DNA of 64,000 nucleotides, taken from Eledone cirrhosa (taxonomy: Eukaryota). Below the pieces are notes generated by a model. The model ran no database searches, was not told the DNA's origin, and saw nothing but the letters and a program-made list of their open reading frames with translations. A program made the translations under genes and the position numbers. The stretch spans positions 9,734,001-9,798,000 of the forward strand of contig OZ024757.1 in assembly GCA_964016885.1 (NCBI GenBank), given 5' to 3'. The stretch's first letter is position 1. The number at the start of each line of letters is the position of its first letter. Shown here piece after piece: positions 1 to 12,633 of the stretch.

Positions 1-2546
1 CATGGTCAGAACTAGACGAACCTGGAAACAGAGGCCAACCTGGAGAAGAAAGATCTGGAAGCTGAAAGTCCCCTCAACCAGTAACAGATTTAAAGATATT
101 TTACTCAACGCCTACGACAGTAAAGAAGAACAGATACAGACATTTAATGTAGAAGAGAACTGGGAGTTCCTAAAAAATAAATTACTAGAGGCGACGGATG
201 AGATCTGTGCCTGGAGTAAGACCTCAAGCAGGAGGAGAGTGACTTGGTGGTGGAACAATAAGGTAGATGAAGCAGTTAAGGCCAAGAGACAGGCATGGAA
301 AGAATGGAAGAACGGGGGGAGCAGGGTACATTACATAGAGACCAAGAGGGAAGCTAGGCGACAAGTATACTTAGCTAGGATGGAAGCAGAGGATAGAAAA
401 TTCAAGCATGTTTTGCAACGTGAGGACCAGAAACAGGAGGTATTCAAGATTGCGAGGCAGTGTGTCAGAGATAGTTGTGATGTTATTGGAGAGAAGTGTA
501 TCCGGAATGATAAAGGTGAGCTTGCCCTCACAAGTGCTGAGAAGAAAGATGCATGGAAGAATCATTATGATAGATTACTAAATGAGGAGAATGCATGGGA
601 AGAAGAGACCCTATCCCAAGTAGACCCTATAGAGGGACCAGCAGTACAAGTCAGCAGCAATGTACTAAGTAAGGCAATCGAAGATATGAAGATGGGGAAG
701 GCAACCGGTCCATCGGGTATAGCTGCCGAGATGCTGAAGGCATCTGGGTCTGTAGGTCACACTATAACCACACGTATTGTTAACCAGGTAATACTAAAAG
801 GTGTCATACCAAAAGATTGGTGCAGTAGCATCATTGTCAACTGCTACAAAGGTAAAGGCGATGCACTAGATAGAGGAAACTATAGAGGTATAAAGTTGAT
901 GGACCAGATCATGAAAGTAACAGAAAGAGTTATAGCACAGTTGATTAGGGACCGGGTGGAAATAGACGAGATGCAATTTGGGTTTGTACCAGGAAGAGGC
1001 ACCAGTGATGCCCTTTTCCTTGTGAGGCAATTACAGGAAAAGTACCTAGCTAAAAGTAAGCCACTCTACTTGGCATTTGTCGACCTTGAGAAAGCCTTTG
1101 ACAGAGTTCCACCTGCTGTAATCTGGTGGGCTCTTAGAAAACTAGGAGTAGATGAATGAGTATAGCGAGGAATTTAACGTATAGGTTGGGGTCCACCAGG
1201 GCTCTGTTCTTAGCCCCTTCCTGTTCATCATATTCCTGCAGGCAATAATGGAGAAGTTTTAGACCGGATGCCCAAGGGAACTCCTGTATGCTGATGACCT
1301 CACACTCATAGCTGAATCTATGGTAGAACTAGAGAATAAATTCCAAACTTGGAAGCAGGGACTAGAAAGAAAGCGTCTCAAAGTCAACATGACAAAAACT
1401 AAGGTCCTTGTAAGTAGATGAGAAAACAGAACCCAGATCCCCTCAGGGAAATGGCCTTGCTCAGTATGTAGGAAAGGTGTAGGTAGGAACTCCATTCTCT
1501 GCCCCAAATGCAAACAAGGGGTACACAAGAGATGTAGCGGGATCTCAGGAAGCTTAATTAAGAATGTAGGCTTCACATGCAGCAGCTGTGCTGAGACAGC
1601 AAGCAGCAAACAGCCACAGGAAACAAGTACCACCAATCTCTGGGAGGGCTCTGTAGAAACAGTAGACAGCTTCTGCTACCTAGGTGACCAAATTAGCAGC
1701 GGAGGTAGGTGTCCAGAAAGTACAATAACTAGGGTAAGAACGGGATGGAAGAAGTTTAGGGAACTACTGCCACTGCTAGCTGCAAAAGGCTTCTCCCTCA
1801 GAATGAAAGGCAGACTGTATGATGCGTGTATCCGAACAGCAATGTTGCATGGTAGTGAGACCTGGGCGCTGAAGGTGGAAGACTTACGTAGATTAGAGAG
1901 AAACAAAGCCTGCATGCTCCGATGGATGTGTAACAGTAATATACGTGAACGACAAAGCATAAATGAATTGAGAGAGAGACTGAGCATAAGAGGAATCAAA
2001 TGCTGTGTGCAGGAGAGGCGGTTGCGCTGGTATGGGCATGTGATGCGTATGAAGGATGACAGCTGCATAAAAAGGTACAGAGCACTAGAAGTTGATGGAA
2101 ACCGCGGAGTGGGGAGACCCAAGATGACCTGGGATGAGGTGATAAAAGCCGACCTTACACAATTACACCTCTCAAAGGCAATGACACACGACCATGACTT
2201 CTGGCGTCACGCAGTAATACAGAGTACCCGACCTCCCATGGGTACAAGCTGAAGCATATAGACAATATGCCCCCTCACCCCCCACTGCAAGGTGGTCGTG
2301 GAGGTGCGACGGCAAAAAAGCACCCAGCCCATACTATAAAGTGGACGTGTAGGCGCCACGAAAAGCACCCAGTACTCACTGTAAATGAGGTTGGTGTTAG
2401 GAAGGGCATCCAGCTGTAGAAATCAAGCCAAATCAGTTCCTGTATGAGCAATGCATGGTCAGCCGACCAGACACTGCCCACAACAGCACAACCCGTCTAA
2501 CCCATGCTAGCGTGGAAGAACGGAGGTAAAACGGTGATGATGATGA
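1..2546 (+). mobile_element. RTE-clade non-LTR retrotransposon (LINE), disrupted; runs off the left edge
   Basis: ORF 2-1159 has RT motifs (NYRGIKL, QFGFVPGRGTSDA, AFVDLEKAFDRV). The downstream frames give LLYADDL, a C4HC3 PHD-like finger and YLGD. ORF 1803-2252 is an RTE C-terminus (RRLRWYGHVMR, GRPKMTW). The 3' UTR ends in (GAT)n. Stops, frameshifts and an internal deletion near 1160. Confidence 0.93.
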
Positions 2547-2603
2547 TATAATATATATAACATATATATATATATAATATAATATATATATCTATATATA
2601 TCT

Positions 2604-3103
2604 GAGAGAGAGACTGAGCATCAGAGGAATCAAATGCTGTGTGCAGGAGAGGTGGTTGTGTTGGTATGGACATGTGATGCGTATGAAGGATGACAACTGC
2701 ATAAAAAGGTGCAGAGCACTAGAAGTTGATGGAATCCGCGGAGTGGGGAGACCCAAGAAGACCTAGGATGAGGTAATAAAAGCCGACCTTACCCAATTAC
2801 ACCTCTCAGACAATATGCCCCCTCACCCCCCACTGCAAGGTGGTCGTGGAAGTGCCACGGCAAAAAAGCACCCAGCCCACACTGTAAAGTGGACGTGTAG
2901 GTGCCACGAAAAAGCACCCAGCACTCACTGTAAATGAGGTTGGTGTTAGGAAGGGCATCCAGCTGTAGAAATCAAGCCAAATCAGTTCCTTTATGAGCAA
3001 GGCATGGTCAGCCGACCAGACACTGCCCAGAACAGGACAACCTGTCTAACCCATGCTAACGTGGAAGAACGGACGTAAAACAGTGATGATGATGATGATG
3101 ATG
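2604..3103 (+). mobile_element. 5'-truncated RTE 3' end with internal deletion, flanked by a probable ATATCT target-site duplication
   Basis: Near-copy of ~1970-2546 lacking ~85 bp, with a (GAT)n tail. ATATCT at 2598-2603 and 3104-3109. The empty site is visible in duplication unit C (~31390-31400). Confidence 0.8.
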
Positions 3104-3275
3104 ATATCTAAAATAGAGAATGCCTAAAACTGAAGAACCACCCAACCCATTGTCTTTAAACTTTATACATGTAATATTTATAGTCCTGTGAGTGTTTTGA
3201 GGAGAAAAATTTCAAATTTTCAATGCCCTAGGGACCGCATTAGGCGATTTAGCGATCTCCGGGCCATTCGGCTAG
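3104..3275 (+). mobile_element. Short non-autonomous Helitron-like element (paralogues at ~17540-17632, 5'-deleted, and ~31390-31565)
   Basis: TCTATATATCTAAAATAGAGAATG-type 5' end and a GC-rich subterminal segment followed by CTAG|T at 3272-3275. Confidence 0.5.
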
Positions 3276-3295
3276 TAATATATATATAATATATA

Positions 3296-3410
3296 TGGTT
3301 TAGTGGTTAGAGCATTGGGCTTGTAATTTAAAGGTTGTGAGTTCAATTCTCGGACTGTGTGATGTGTTATGTCCTTGAGCAAGACACTTTATTTGACGTT
3401 GCTCCTTCTA
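3296..3410 (+). mobile_element. tRNA-derived SINE head (paralogues at ~17653 and ~31585; inverted relatives at ~7490-7610 and ~37090-37205)
   Basis: A-box-like TGGTTTAGTGG, B-box-like GTTCAATTC, and conserved core GTCCTTGAGCAAGACACTTT. Confidence 0.75.
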
Positions 3411-4032
3411 CCTGGAGTTGTGACCAATAGATAGTATTAGCAATTGGAAAGACCAATGGAAACATTGTTTCTTCGGCCCAATTTGACGAAAGTCGATCGA
3501 CTGACGATATATGTATATATATATATTATACATATATATATATATATATGTGTGTCACTTGCTGGATATGCTAGAAGGACCCAGATAATATGAGATGTTC
3601 TCCTGGCTGTATCATATACTGCAAATCTATGCAGATGTATACACATAAATATACAGACACATAAAGATACACAAGTAATTATACACACATTGAAGTGGTT
3701 GATAGCTTCTGTGACGTAATTAGCAGTGGAGGATGACTGTATAACACCTGCCAATAAAATATGATGCTGCATGGTAGTGAAACAAGGGCTGTGACAACAG
3801 AAAAAAAATGTAGACTGGAGAGGAATGAAGCAACCATGCTTCATTGGATGTGCCATTTAAGTGTGAGAGAAAGGCAGAGCTTGGGCAAGTTGCGGGAGAA
3901 GCTGGGTTTAAGAGGGAACTTAAGAGATGTGTAAGAGAGAAGACTGCATTGGTATGGACATGTGATACACATGGATAATGACAGCTGGGTGAAGAAGTGC
4001 CAGGACATCCCAGTAGGAGGAAGCCATAGTAG

Positions 4033-4343
4033 AGGTTAGAGCATTGGCCTTGCAATCGAAAGGTTGTGAGTTCAATTCTCAGACTGTGTGATGTGTTGTT
4101 TCCTTGAGCAAGACACTTTATTTCATATTGTTTCAGTTTACTCAGCTGTAGAAATGAGATGATAGGGACTGGGGTTCATATCATTCCACTGCAAAGTGGT
4201 CGTGGAGGTGCCACGGCAAAAAAAGCACCCAGCACTCTCTGTAAATGAGGTTGGTGTTAGGAAGGGCATCCAGCTGTAGAAATCAAGCCAGAATCAGTTC
4301 CCGTCCCACCTTAGCAAGCAGGGAAAAGCAGACGTAAAATGAT
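4033..4343 (+). mobile_element. tRNA-derived SINE with RTE-derived 3' tail (fuller copies at ~20839-21175 and ~32549-32883)
   Basis: B box, TCCTTGAGCAAGACAC core, and a 3' part shared with the RTE 3' UTR (GTTAGGAAGGGCATCCAGCTGTAGAAA) ending in (GAT)n. Confidence 0.75.
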
Positions 4344-4619
4344 GATGATGATGATGATGATATGCACATACTTATATACAAACATATACATGGACACAAA
4401 TTTCTACACACATACATTCACATATATATAACGTATGTCAATTCTGAACAATACAGTTTTGTCAGCACAAGTCTTGGTTACAGCTTCTACAAATGAAATG
4501 AAAGAAGAATAATTTCTTAGTAAAACAGTTTTATTCAAAATATTAACATTGGTGGCACTATTTTAGGTGAGTGACATGGTTTTTATCTTGTCTGATTGTG
4601 TTTGTGTTGCATCAAGTAA

Positions 4620-4950
4620 CCTTTACAAGAAAATTATTTATCACAGACACCACAGTGATATGGCTCCTCTCCTGTATATGTTAGTGTGTAGGGAAGCCAC
4701 AACATTTAGAGAATTATTTACCACAGACATCACAGGGATATGGTTCCTCTGCTGTATGTTAGTGTGTAGTGAAGCCACAACATTTAGAGAATTGTTTACC
4801 ACAGACATCCCAGTGATATAGTTCCTCTCCTGTATATTAGTGTCTAGTGAAACCACAACATTTAGAGAATGATTTATCACAGACATCACAGTGATATCGT
4901 TCCTCTCCTGTATGTTAGTGTTTGGTGAAACTAAAATTAGAAAATGATTT
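4620..4950 (-). repeat. 78-bp minisatellite derived from degenerate C2H2 finger coding sequence, downstream of the ZNF ORF (paralogues ~21430-21770, ~33145-33470)
   Basis: ACATTT recurs at 4702, 4780 and 4858. Units resemble CACAGTGATATGG..CTCCTGTATG finger/linker codons but carry stops in the ZNF frame. Confidence 0.7.
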
Positions 4951-5313
4951 ACATGGGCTGAGGTGGTAAGGGCAGACCTCTGAAGCTCATGGTGTAGATG
5001 ACAAAGGACCGTGACAAGTGAAGAGATGCTTTGCTGAATAGGACCCATCCCACCCTTGCAAGCAGGGAAAAGCAGACGTAAAATGATGATGATGATGATG
5101 ATGATGATATGGTTTCCATCATAACATTTTTATTTTATTTTTTCAATCTTATCATTTTATCATTTTACTATGCATATAATTGTAAAATTAAAATATTAAA
5201 ATATTCTAGAATACCAACTAAAAGTGAAGCAATTCTTTTCCTTTTCTCAAATATACCTAAATGTACACAGAATCCCACACATGTTCCAATATTAATATAT
5301 ACATATACATATA

Positions 5314-5348
<35 letters not shown>

Positions 5349-5410
5349 TATCACGGGGTCAATCGGGTGTAACCACAGTAAGTAAGATACTCAATACAAA
5401 GCAGAGTATA

Positions 5411-5538
5411 AATATAGCAATATAGAATGGCTTCTACTGGAAAAGAACTGTTTCATTCGGGAGAAAGCATCATTCCTGATGATTTCTCCCGAATGAAACA
5501 GTTCTAGTCCTGTAGAAGCCTTTCTATATTGCTATATT
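5411..5538. repeat. ~60-bp-arm inverted repeat containing a degenerate hammerhead-like core; probable PLE pseudo-LTR remnant in (TA)n
   Basis: AATATAGCAATATAGAA...TTTCATTCGGGAGAAA pairs with TTTCTCCCGAATGAAA...TTCTATATTGCTATATT. CTGATGA at 5476 and GAAA at 5495. Confidence 0.55.
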
Positions 5539-5948
5539 AAATATATATATATATAGATAGATAGATAGATGGATAGATAGATACATATATACATATATAC
5601 ATACATCTACACGGACATGTTTATCTGTTTATATATATATATATATAGAAATATATATATTTATTTATATATATATACACACACACAGACACACACATAT
5701 ATATATATGTGTGCATGTAAGTATATATATTTATACATATATATATATGCATATATTTAGTTAAATTGCTGCATTAAAAGATATATTTTCCAAACATATC
5801 AAAGTGATATGGTTTCCCACCTGTATATGTTTGTGTGATGTTAATGTAGCATTGAAAGAGAATGATTTACCACAGTTATTACACTGATATATATTTGTAT
5901 TCTCATTAATTCACAATTTTGAGAGGATTTATCACTGATGTCACTGCA

Positions 5949-6719
5949 TTAAGATGTCTCTTCTGCATGTATAAGTTTGTGAGTAGTTAGGCTACTTTTT
6001 CCAGAGAGTGAGATACCACACATATCACAGTGATATGGCTTGTCTCCTGTATGTATACGTTTGTGGCTAGTTAAGGTACTACTTTGAGAGAATGATTTAC
6101 CACAGATATCCCAGTGATATGGCTTGTCTCCTGTATGTATACATTTGTGGCTAGTTAAGTTACTACTTTGAGAGAATGATTTACCACAGATATCACAGTG
6201 GTATGGCTTGTCACCTGTATGGGTATGTTTGTGTCTAGATAAGGCGATACTTTCAGAGAATGATTTACCACAGATATCACAGTGGTATGGCTTGTCTACT
6301 GTATGTATATGTTTGTGTCTAGTTAAGTGACAACTTTGAGAGAATGATTTACCACAGATGTCACAGTGGTATGGCTTGTCTCCTGTATGGGTACGTAAGT
6401 GTTTAGTTAATGCATCACTTTGAGGGAATGTTTTACCACAGATATCACAGTGACATGGCCTCTCACCTGTATGTAAATGGTTGTGACTAGTTAGGCTACT
6501 TTTCTTATAGAATGATTTAGCACAGATATTACAGTGATATGGTTCATCTCCTGTATGTATAACTTTGTGAGTAGTTAAGGTACTACATATATTGCATGAT
6601 TTACCACAGATATTGCAGTGATGTGGTTTCTCTTCTCCAACCTTTGTCATCTCACCAGGAATACTAAACATTTTCGATTATGTTTCGCATTTAACCTTTT
6701 CACTTAATTTATTTTCCAT
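5949..6719 (-). pseudogene. C2H2 zinc-finger gene copy A, 8 fingers, premature stop at codon 14 (240-aa ORF from the downstream ATG at 6671)
   Basis: Repeated CxxC..HxxxH-TGD/EKPY units. The ATG at 6719 matches MENKLSEK of copy B, but CAA is changed to TAA at 6678-6680. Finger 7 has C>W. Confidence 0.85.
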
Positions 6720-7899
6720 AATAATTTTATCTCCAACAGAATATACAAATGTTTTACTTGTAATATTTTTTACATTATATTCCTAAAAAATATATCTTCT
6801 ATATTTCCCTCAACTGTGATTTCAGTTAATAATCTTCAAATGATGATAAATAGAGGTGATGTATCCGAGATTGAAAATAATAATTTATCCCAATGTCATC
6901 TGGTATTCTGAAATAAGAAAGAAACAGTATGAGATAATACAGAATAATTAAGAAGCAGAAATAGATTTAACAGTGGAAATTTTATATTTCTATATTGGTA
7001 AACTGTAGATATCAACTTTCCTGCCCAGAGTAATTCTCTCCAATGCAAACAGTGGTATTCCAGCATGCTCTATAAATGTTATCCTTCTATATCTAGAGAG
7101 GTCTGCTCTATGGCAGTTTAGTGAAAAATTCATTCTGATAGGACTCTCTAATATAGCAATCATCTCCTCTCCTGGTGACATGTCAACAGCAGTTTAACTT
7201 CCATCTTTTTATTAGTAGGAGTCAATTGTTCCTCTATATCTTTTTCTTACTTCTTTTCTATCTTTTTCTGTCCAAAATACAAACAATGGGTACACAAGAG
7301 ATGTAGTGGGATCTCAGGTAGGTTAGCTAAGCATATAGGTTTTACACGTGGCCAGTGCACAGGAGCAGTAAGCAGCAAATATTCACAGGAAGCAACGATT
7401 GACTTTCGTCAAATTGGACCGAGGAAACAATGTTTCCATTGGTCTTTCAAATTGCTAATACTATCTTTCAGTCACAACTCCAGGTAGAAGGAGCAATGTG
7501 AAATAAAATGTCTTGCTCAAGGACATAACGCATCACCCGGTTGGTGAATCGAACTCACAACCTCACGATTGCGAATCCAATTCTCTAACCACTCAGCCAC
7601 ACGCCTTCACAGGAAACAAGCTCTAACAAACTGTTGGAGGGTCACATAGAAGAGGTAGACAGCTTCTGTTACCTGGGTGATGATATCATCAGTGGAGGTG
7701 GGTGTTCTGAAAGTAGAGCAGCCTGAGTGAACATGGAATGGAAAAGGTTCAGGATGCTACTACCACTGCAACTTACTAAAGCCTTTTTCCTCAAAACAAA
7801 GGGCAGGTTGAATAATGCATGTATATAAACAGTTTAACACACACATATATATAGATATATATATTTATATAATTGTGTGTATATGTATATATATATACA

Positions 7900-8367
7900 T
7901 TAAGACAATGTCACTGGATCGAGATCTTTGGCGCTACTCAGTAATACAGAAGATCCGCCTTGCCTATGTACAAAGCGAAACCTACAGTCAGTAGGCACCT
8001 CTTAACCAAATATACATCCCCATCCCACTACCCCTACTCCACCCCATCAACACCACCCTATCTCTGTAAAGTTATGTTGGTACCACAACATCCAGTCCTA
8101 AATAAATGAGGTTGTGTAGGTGTCACAACAAAAAAACACACAGTCCACGCTGTAATGTGGTCTTGTAGGTAACACGGTAAAAACCTCCCAGTCCACACTG
8201 TAAACGTGGTTGGTGTTAGGAAGGATATCCAGCCATAGAAAACCTGCCATCTAGTCCTATACAAGTGAGATACGGTCACCTGACCAATCTTGCCTCAAGT
8301 GGGACAATTCCCGTCTAAACCCATGCTAGTGTGGAAGGTATATGTTAAATGATGATGATGATGATGA
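7900..8367 (+). mobile_element. RTE 3' end fragment (paralogues ~24500-24970, ~37490-37932)
   Basis: End of RTE ORF (MSLDRDLWRYSV), 3' UTR homologous to the 17871-18260 element, and a (GAT)n tail. Confidence 0.75.
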
Positions 8368-8429
8368 CAAGCAATATATATAATCTAAATAGAATGGTTT
8401 AATGAAAGCATATAATGTAGGTACAGCAG

Positions 8430-9842
8430 TATTCTCATAAATTGCTACAAAGGGGATGCTCTAGAGAGGAGCAATTATAGAGGCATAAAGCTGATGGATC
8501 AGGTTATGAAAGTGGCAGAGAGAATATTAGCGCAGCTGATTAGAGAAATGAGATGCAGTTTGGTTTTGTGCCTCGGAAAAGTACAACAGAAGCCCTCTTC
8601 TTAGTGAGGCAACTACAAGAGAGGTTCTTAGAGAAGAATAAGTCTCTATACTTAGCTTTTGTTAGGTTACTCCGATCTGTCATCTGGTGGTCTCTAAGGA
8701 AACTATGTGTAGAGGAATGGCTTGTGAGGACAGTGCAAGCTATGTACAGGGGTGCTGTCAGTAAAGTGAGGGTAAGAATGGAATTTAGTGAGGAATTCCA
8801 GGTACAAGTAGGTGTACATCAAGGTTCGGTCCTCAGCCCACTCTTGTTCATTATAAGCCTCCAAGCCATAACAGAGGAGTTTAAGACTGGATGCCCATGG
8901 GAACTTCTCTATACTGATGATCTGCTTCTTATAGCAGAATCAGTAGAGGAGCGAGAGAATAAATTCTGGCTATGGAAACAGCAGTTGGAATCAAGAGGAC
9001 TGAGAGTGAACATAGCTTAAACAAAAGTGTTGATGAGTAGAAAAGAGGACAAAACTCTGATTCCATCAGGGAAATGGCCATGTTTGATATATAGGAAAGG
9101 AACTGGCATAAATTCGATAAAATGTACGCAATGCAGATGTTGGGTACACAAGAAATGTAGTGGGATAGCAGGCAAACCAACAGGTAGGGATAACTATGTA
9201 TGCAGTAGATGTACAGGGAAAGTTGGCAGTAATAAATACATTTCTCAAATACAGGTGGGTTCTAGAGATGTGGTTGATAGCTTCCGGTACCTAGGTGATC
9301 AGATTAGCATGGGAGGAGGGGGGGGGGGCGTTCTGAGGCCATAGTATCTAGAAAAAGGACAGGTTGGAAGAAGTTGAGGGAGCTGCTTTCTCTGTTGACA
9401 AAGAAGGGTTTCTCCCTGCATACGAAAGGACGGTTATGTGATGCCTGTGTGAAATGATGCCGATGCTACATGGTAGTAAGACATGGGCAGCAACTGCAAA
9501 AGATATGACGGCTGGAGAGAAGCAAGCATGCTCCGTTGGATGTGCAATGTCAATGTGTGTGAACGACCAAGCATAGACGAGTTGAGAAAGAAACTGGGTA
9601 TTAGAGGGATAAGTTGTGGTGTGCAGGAGAGAAGACTGAGATGGTATGGACATGTGACCACTGGGTAAAGAAGTGCCAAATAATCCCAGTAGTAGACCAC
9701 ATAAAACATGGGCGGAGGTGGTGAGAGAAGACCTCAGATCGCTAAAACTCACCGAGGAGATGACAAGTGGTGAGATGCTGTGGTGAATAGGACTCGTCCC
9801 ACCCTTGCAAGCAGGGAAAAACAGACGTAAAATGATGATGAT
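8430..9842 (+). mobile_element. 5'-truncated degenerate RTE LINE, unit A copy
   Basis: QFGFVPRKSTTEA, GVHQGSVLSPLLF, LLYTDDL, PHD-like CxxC..HxxC, RRLRWYGHV and a (GAT)n tail; several stops and frameshifts. Confidence 0.9.
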
Positions 9843-10068
9843 TTATGTATTTATATACTAGTATTCAAGATAACATTGTTAGAACTCATTACAGCCTTGA
9901 AGAGATGGTTTCAACAAGATTGGGTGATGAAAGTTATAGTTTTTGTAGTAGGATCTCATCACATAAGGTTCCTTCAAAGATTCTTCTAGAATTACAGAGT
10001 CATTTATATATATGTGTGTGTTTTGAACAATGAAAGTAAAACTAGAGACAAAGATATATTCTTGATTA

Positions 10069-10251
10069 GTTCATTGTTTTACGATCATTACAGAGGTTTG
10101 ATTGATCATGGTAGATTGTTATATTGACAAACAGGTAGCTGTTATGTCACTAACTATTTCTAGTCTCAAAATCCCTGATCAATCACACCGTATCAATATA
10201 TTGATTTACCATGATCAATCAACCCTCTGAAACGATTGTAAAACAATGAAC
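10069..10251. repeat. Inverted repeat (~60-bp arms) carrying the 3' half of a minimal hammerhead motif (paralogues ~26686-26860, ~39681-39863)
   Basis: GTTCATTGTTTTACGATCAT..TGATTGATCATGGTA pairs with TACCATGATCAATCA..GAAACGAT(T/C)GTAAAACAATGAAC. GAAAC-GATC-GTA is perfect at 39841. Confidence 0.55.
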
Positions 10252-10319
10252 CATATCTCAGACTTTTGTTTTATTTTCAATGTTCAATACCCACAAACAC
10301 ACATATATAATTGACAATT

Positions 10320-11940
10320 TCTTTGGAATAATAGATAAGACTTGTGGCTGGAACAAAGTACCAGCCAGACAGAGGGTGACCTAGTGGTGAAACAGCACAG
10401 TAGATAGAGCTATTAACCCTGTAGCATTTACATTACTCTAAATTTACTATTATAATTTCATGGTAAAGTCTTTATCTCACATAATATTGAATCTATGAGA
10501 CTTTGATATTACTTATTTTGAGGACAATACACTAACATCAATATGAGCAGCGAGTTACAGCCGGTTTGAACAGAAAGAAGTGAGAGAATTCTGGCTGGAT
10601 ATGGCCAGTTTAAATGATAAAGGGTTAAAGACAAGTGACAGGCATGGAAAGACTGGAAAAATAGGGGCTTCAGACCAGGACCAGGTAGCTAAGAGAGAAG
10701 CTAGAAGACAGGTATACATAACACAGAGAGAGGCTGAAAAAAGAAAGTTTGCCAACGTATTGAGACATGAGAATCAGAGGTGTGAAGTGTTCCACATTGC
10801 AAGACAGGGAAAGGTGTGTTAAAAATGACACTGGTACACCACTGATGCTCAAAAGAAAGAGGTCTGGAAATGTTACTATGAAAGATTGATGAATGTAGAG
10901 AATAAATTAAGAAGCAATCTTAGACTTTTGTTTTATGTTCATTGTTCAACACACACACACATATAATTGACATTCTCTTTGGAATTACTGATGAAACTTG
11001 TTAGTGACACAACTACAAGAGAGGTTCCTAGCCAAGATTAAGCTGCAATATTTAGCTTTTATAGATCTAGAAAAGGCCTTTGACAGAGTACCTTTCTCTA
11101 TTATCTGGTGGTCCTTCAGAAAATTAGGTGGAGAATGGCTTTTGAGAGCAGTGCAAGCCATGTACAGAGGAGCTGTCAGTAAAGCGAGAGTAGGAAGGGA
11201 GTTTAGTGAAGAATTCAATGTACAGGTAGGTGTTCATCATGGTTCAGTTCACAACCCACTGCTGTTCTTCATAGTTCTCCAGGCCATAACCAATGGGGTT
11301 AAGACTGGCTGTTCACGGGAAACAGTCTATATGAATGATCTGGTCCTTATAGCTGAATCCATAAAAGAACTAGAGAATAAGTGACCCTACTGCATATGTA
11401 GGAAAGAAGTAGGCGTAAACTGTACACAATGATAGCTTTCGCTATCTAGGTAACCTAATTAGCAGCGGAGGAGGGTGCTTCGTAAGAGAGGATAGGATTG
11501 AAGTTTAGAGACCTACTTCCACTGTTGGCAAATACAGGTTTCTCCCTACGTACAAAGATGTTGGCTGTACAATGCTTGTGTGTAAAGTACAATACTGCAT
11601 GGAAGTGAAACATGGGCAGTAACTGCAGAAGACATGCATAAGCTGGAGAGAAATGGAGCAACCATGCTTCGTTGGGTGTGCAATGTAAATGTGAGAGGAA
11701 GGCAGAGCTTGGATAAAATGAGGAAGAAATTGGTAATCACTGGTTAAAGAAGTGCCACGGAAAACCAGAGAAGGGGAGCCATACTAGAGCGAGCTGAGGG
11801 TAGATGTGGTGAGAGCTGATCTCAAATTGCTGAGACTCACAGATGACGAAGGAACAAGCGAGTGGGGAGATGTTGTGCTTAAAAGGACCCACCAACCCAT
11901 GCCAGAATTGAAAAACGGACGTAAAACTATGATGATGGTG
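10320..11940 (+). mobile_element. Older, fragmented RTE LINE (paralogue ~40150-41970; mostly deleted in unit B)
   Basis: KREARRQVY, AFIDLEKAFDRVP, GVHHGSV fragments with many deletions, and a GATGAT tail. Confidence 0.8.
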
Positions 11941-12010
11941 TAGATGTAGTAAATTATATCAAAATAGATTTAGACTAAAACGAACAAAACTTCGCTGAAA
12001 CAACAACTAG

Positions 12011-12296
12011 GTACAGCTAAATATAAACTATATTTTATAATGTAAGGTAGTGAACCACATAATTAAATAGACGGAGGTAATTTAAATAATAAATATATCT
12101 TTAATTTACTTAAAGCAATAGCAAGTTACAGCTAAATATAAAATATATTTTATAATGTAAGGTAGTGAACCACATAATTAAATAGACGGAGGTAATTTAA
12201 ATAATAAATATATCTTTAATTTACTTAAAGCAATAGCAAGTTACAGCTAAATATAAAATATATTTTATAATGTAAGGTAGTGAACCACATAATTAA
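12011..12296. repeat. 115-bp AT-rich tandem repeat (~2.5 copies in unit A; ~2 copies at ~27100 and ~42040)
   Basis: ACAGCTAAATATAAA recurs at 12013, 12128 and 12243. Confidence 0.85.
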
Positions 12297-12434
12297 AGAC
12301 AGTTATGATAACAATATATTTTATATCACATGTAACAGTGGAATCTGGTTAATTACTGGATCGTGGTAGGCTTAACATAATTATATTATTTACACACATT
12401 AATATAGACATTAAGTAAATCTTTGTCAACTTAC

Positions 12435-12633
12435 CTCCTTCAGATATAATCAATGTGTTGTGTTGTTAGTTGTTACTAAACAACCAAAGAAATAATCTCT
12501 TTGTTATCAAATTAGAAGTTTCAATGTTATCAGCTTTATTTCACGACATTAACGTTGGTGTAACTTCTTCATCTTTAGTCATAAATTGATATCTTGTCAG
12601 AATGAAGTAGTGAGGCTGACTCTATGTCTTTAG
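12435..12633 (-). other. Predicted non-coding 5' exon of the ZNF gene
   Basis: Minus-strand acceptor TTTCCTATCAAATCTGTAG| and donor GAG|GTAAG are conserved in all three units. The coding exon has acceptor TTTCTTATTTCAG| at 6908-6910 (equivalents at 23753 and 36199). Confidence 0.45.

Noticed and set aside
3296-3360. tRNA-like A/B boxes
   Set aside because: No complete cloverleaf; continues into a SINE core, so it is a SINE head rather than a tRNA gene.
6990-7181. 63-aa minus ORF conserved in all three units (also 23835, 36281)
   Set aside because: Lies upstream of the predicted splice acceptor (intronic), has no recognisable domain, and its conservation is explained by recent duplication.
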